A stretch of 64,000 bases of DNA from Eledone cirrhosa (taxonomy: Eukaryota). Of the stretch, positions 60,924 to 64,000 are shown one piece after another (within the stretch, counting starts at the first letter, position 1; every line of letters begins with the position of its first letter). The notes under the pieces were generated by a model that was not told where the DNA came from, searched no databases, and saw only the letters and a program-made list of their open reading frames with translations. The stretch lies in the NCBI GenBank assembly GCA_964016885.1, contig OZ024747.1:88722001-88786000 (forward strand), in the 5' to 3' direction. Position numbers and translations under genes: made by a program.

Positions 60924-60972
60924 ACACTCTGCACATTTCAGTGACCAAGTTGTATATGACATCATCAGGTGT
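60924..60972 (-). ncRNA. Degenerate hammerhead motif
   Basis: Minus strand: acac-CTGATGA-...-GAAA-tgtgca-GA-gtgt then AATAAA; the U16.1 position is G, so it is probably inactive. Confidence 0.5.
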
Positions 60973-61800
60973 ATATTGCTTAATAGTTTTAATAACCATA
61001 GGAATGATGATAAACTCATTCCAAAAGGCTTAAAGTAGAGAATGAAAAAAATGTTTTTTGGGGTTTTTGACTCAGAAGCAATCGCAGTCCATTATAATTT
61101 GGGTGGACAGTCTCTGAGTATAATTTAACTCCGTTCCCACACCACCAACAAGATTCAACATCAAAGGTGGATGAGATGCGTAACGTTGAGTGCTTTCCTA
61201 ATATTACATCATGATTAGCATTGAAGATTGACCAATTCTACCCAGTGCTGAACCATACACACACATATATATAAGAGAGAGAGAGATGTTTATTCTGTAG
61301 TACAAAATTGGTATAAATATCCAAGGGTAATAGTGCTCAGTCCATGGGATGAGTTAAGTATAATTAGTTATAGCAGTGATATATACAGGTAATTAAGTTG
61401 GGTTATAACTCCAACTCATTCAGCCTGTTATATAAACATACTCAATTTTCTTATACTGTCATATCTATTCTTACTTTACAGTTGTGCCAACTGAGAATTC
61501 CATTAAAATCTGTAATGAACGACGAATTCACCAGAACATATGCTACCAATCATTTACACATTCACTATATTTTTTAAACTACATAGCATCCATTAAATGT
61601 ATCCACATTTCTTAATATAGAAATAGTCTCCAACAATATATGCACCACTTGAAGAGGACTCGGTTAGTTGCAAGAATTCTAGTGGTATGTAGAAAATATA
61701 TCTACATGCATGTATTTTTCATACATGTAAACACAGTCCCATGATATCTAAGACAAGAAACTGAACTGTAATATATCATAATCAACTTTTAAGAATTACT

Positions 61801-63015
61801 ATGGAGGACGTTAAACAATTGGACATTTCTAACACATCTGTTTCTACCAATATACATACAGTTACACAGACATACAGTAGTGAGAAACCTTTATGTACTG
61901 AACAAGGATCATTACACAGAAATATTCCTGAATATAGCTGTGAGATTTGTATGAAAACTTTCTCTTCAGAACATGAAGTATCCATACACACAAACACACA
62001 CACTAAGGAAAAATCCTTCCACTGTGAAATATGTGGGAAATCTTTTATTAAAAATTCCCATCTTGTTGTACACATACGTAGTCACACTGGAGAAAAACCA
62101 TATCACTGTGAAATATGTGAGAAATGCTTTGTTTCTAATAGTGATTTAAATAGACACAAAAGAACACACACTGGAGAAAAACCCTTCCATTGTGAAATAT
62201 GTGGGAAATCTTTTTCTCAGAATACACGACTTGTTAACCACAGACTTGGTCACACGGGAAAAAAACCCTTCCATTGTGAAATATGTGGGGAATCTTTTGT
62301 TAGTGGTTCTAAACTTGTAGTTCATAAACGTAGACACACTGGAGAAAACATGTTTCATTGCAAAATTTGTACAAAATCTTTTGTTTGTAACAGTGATTTC
62401 ATAAAACATGAAAGAACACATACTGGAGAAAAACCATTCCATTGTGAAATATGTGGGAAATCTTTTGTTAATAATTCTAGTCTTCTTGTTCACAAACGTA
62501 GGCACAATGGAGAAAAAGGGTTCCATTGTGAAATATGCAAGAAATCTTTTGTCTCAAGCAGCGATTTAACAACACACAAAAGAACACACACTGGAGAGAA
62601 GCCTTACCATTGTGAAATATGTGGGAAGTCATTTTCTGTGAGTCATTCTCTTGTTAGTCATATGCGTAGTCACACAGGAGAGAAACCCTTCCACTGCGAA
62701 AAATGTGGCAAATCTTTCACCCAGAAACCCCATCTTGTTAGCCATATACGTAGTCACACTGGAGAGAAACCCTTCCATTGTGAAATATGTGGCAAATCTT
62801 TCAGTGTTAATTCTACGCTGGTTAGCCACATGCGTAGTCACACTGGAGAAAAACCCTATCATTGTGAAATATGTGGTAAATCTTTCACTCAGAAACCTCA
62901 CCTCGTTAGCCACATACGCAGCCACACTGGAGAGAAACCTTTCCATTGTGAAATATGTGGCAAATCTTTTGTCTCTAAAAGTGATTTAACAAGGCACAAA
63001 AAAACACACATTTGA
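61801..63015 (+). CDS. Tandem C2H2 zinc-finger protein, 13 fingers, 404 aa, uninterrupted ORF
   Basis: 13 CxxC-x12-HxxxH units joined mostly by TGEKP(F/Y) linkers; no KRAB or other effector domain visible; resembles the expanded cephalopod C2H2 family. Confidence 0.93.
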   Translation: MEDVKQLDISNTSVSTNIHTVTQTYSSEKPLCTEQGSLHRNIPEYSCEICMKTFSSEHEVSIHTNTHTKEKSFHCEICGKSFIKNSHLVVHIRSHTGEKPYHCEICEKCFVSNSDLNRHKRTHTGEKPFHCEICGKSFSQNTRLVNHRLGHTGKKPFHCEICGESFVSGSKLVVHKRRHTGENMFHCKICTKSFVCNSDFIKHERTHTGEKPFHCEICGKSFVNNSSLLVHKRRHNGEKGFHCEICKKSFVSSSDLTTHKRTHTGEKPYHCEICGKSFSVSHSLVSHMRSHTGEKPFHCEKCGKSFTQKPHLVSHIRSHTGEKPFHCEICGKSFSVNSTLVSHMRSHTGEKPYHCEICGKSFTQKPHLVSHIRSHTGEKPFHCEICGKSFVSKSDLTRHKKTHI

Positions 63016-63118
63016 GAGAAACACTATCACTGTGAAATATGTGACAAATCTGTCTCTAAAAGTGATTTAAAATGGCACAAAAAACACACACTGGAGAGAA
63101 ATCCTATCACTGTGAGAC
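63016..63118 (+). pseudogene. Degenerate 14th finger and start of a 15th, downstream of the stop codon
   Basis: After ATT TGA the sequence reads EKHYHCEICDKS-VSKSDLKWHKK, then after a frameshift HTGEKSYHCE; closely resembles finger 13. Confidence 0.85.
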
Positions 63119-64000
63119 ACCCTTCCTCTTTCAAATTTAAACTTATTGTCCATCAATATGTACACATTGGAGAGAGAAAGATGAAAAGTTCCATTCAGTT
63201 GTGCCTCGGTATGGCAACCTCTCTTGTGTTGGTGATCTATTTTTCTGTAGCTTGATATCTTTTACAGCCAAAACTAAATTGACCTATCTAATGACACCAA
63301 CATCTAATGTAGCTGGACTACATCATAGTAGTAATAAACATCGAGCTTATACTATCCCACTACCTAACAGGCTATCCATACACTGACAAAAATTGTTCAT
63401 TTATTTATTCAGGGGCAGTCAGTCTAACCAACTAGACATAGACTGCCACCGAGTCAAATATCTCCAATTTTATTTTTTACATTAGTCTCCATGTACCTAG
63501 TTTGTGTTTACCACGATTCCTTTATGCCATGCACTTGATGACCTCACTGGAATTATACTTTTTTTCTTCCTTTAATGTGGCTTCACCTACTCGACACATG
63601 CTTTTTTTAAAGGTAAAAAAGACATCATAACTAAACCATTTTATATATATACATACACACACATAAACTAAGCCATATTGACACTATATACATACATTCT
63701 AAGAAATATAACTCAAGCTTCTCTCTACAAACCTTACTCTGTGGATCAGCCATCTTTCTTTATTGAGACACATATAAAGTTTATAAACCTTCTTTCTGTA
63801 TACAGCTACATTTTTATTATCTTCTCTATTTCTTTCACACCCAACGAAGCATGGCAGCTTCATTTCTCGCATAGATGCGTCCTTTTGTTGCCAACAGTGG
63901 TTGTAGCCCTCAATAAGAACATAGGGAGCTGGAGTTGTGTGGTCACATTTGCTGCAGACCGTGCACTTAAAAGCCATCTAAGAGACCATGAACAGCCGTT

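Overview
AT-rich, microsatellite- and transposon-dense animal DNA, most likely a coleoid cephalopod (octopus-like). That assignment is inferred from the HCEICGKSF-type C2H2 array, the SINE/RTE repertoire and the (TA)n/(CA)n density. There are two host genes on the + strand. The first is a complete 15-exon SDHA (succinate dehydrogenase flavoprotein) gene, CDS 31345-51015, 665 aa when spliced by hand, with all introns GT-AG. The second is a 13-finger C2H2 zinc-finger ORF (61801-63015). The remainder is mostly mobile DNA: a near-full-length but disrupted Penelope-like element (RT + GIY-YIG, ~22.6-26.6 kb) with many non-autonomous fold-back derivatives, RTE LINEs with a PHD-like finger inside the RT region, CR1, CRE-like and Helitron fragments, tRNA-derived SINEs, and Tc1, hAT and piggyBac-type MITEs. 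The most striking signal is about 18 minimal type I hammerhead-ribozyme motifs from roughly 9 different sequence families, found by eye. They include core variants (U3-A8, C4), sit mostly in inverted-repeat elements next to (TA)n tracts, and none was seen inside the 20-kb SDHA transcription unit. Most short ORFs in the supplied track are microsatellite or antisense artefacts. All calls were made by reading the sequence; no searches or folding programs were run.
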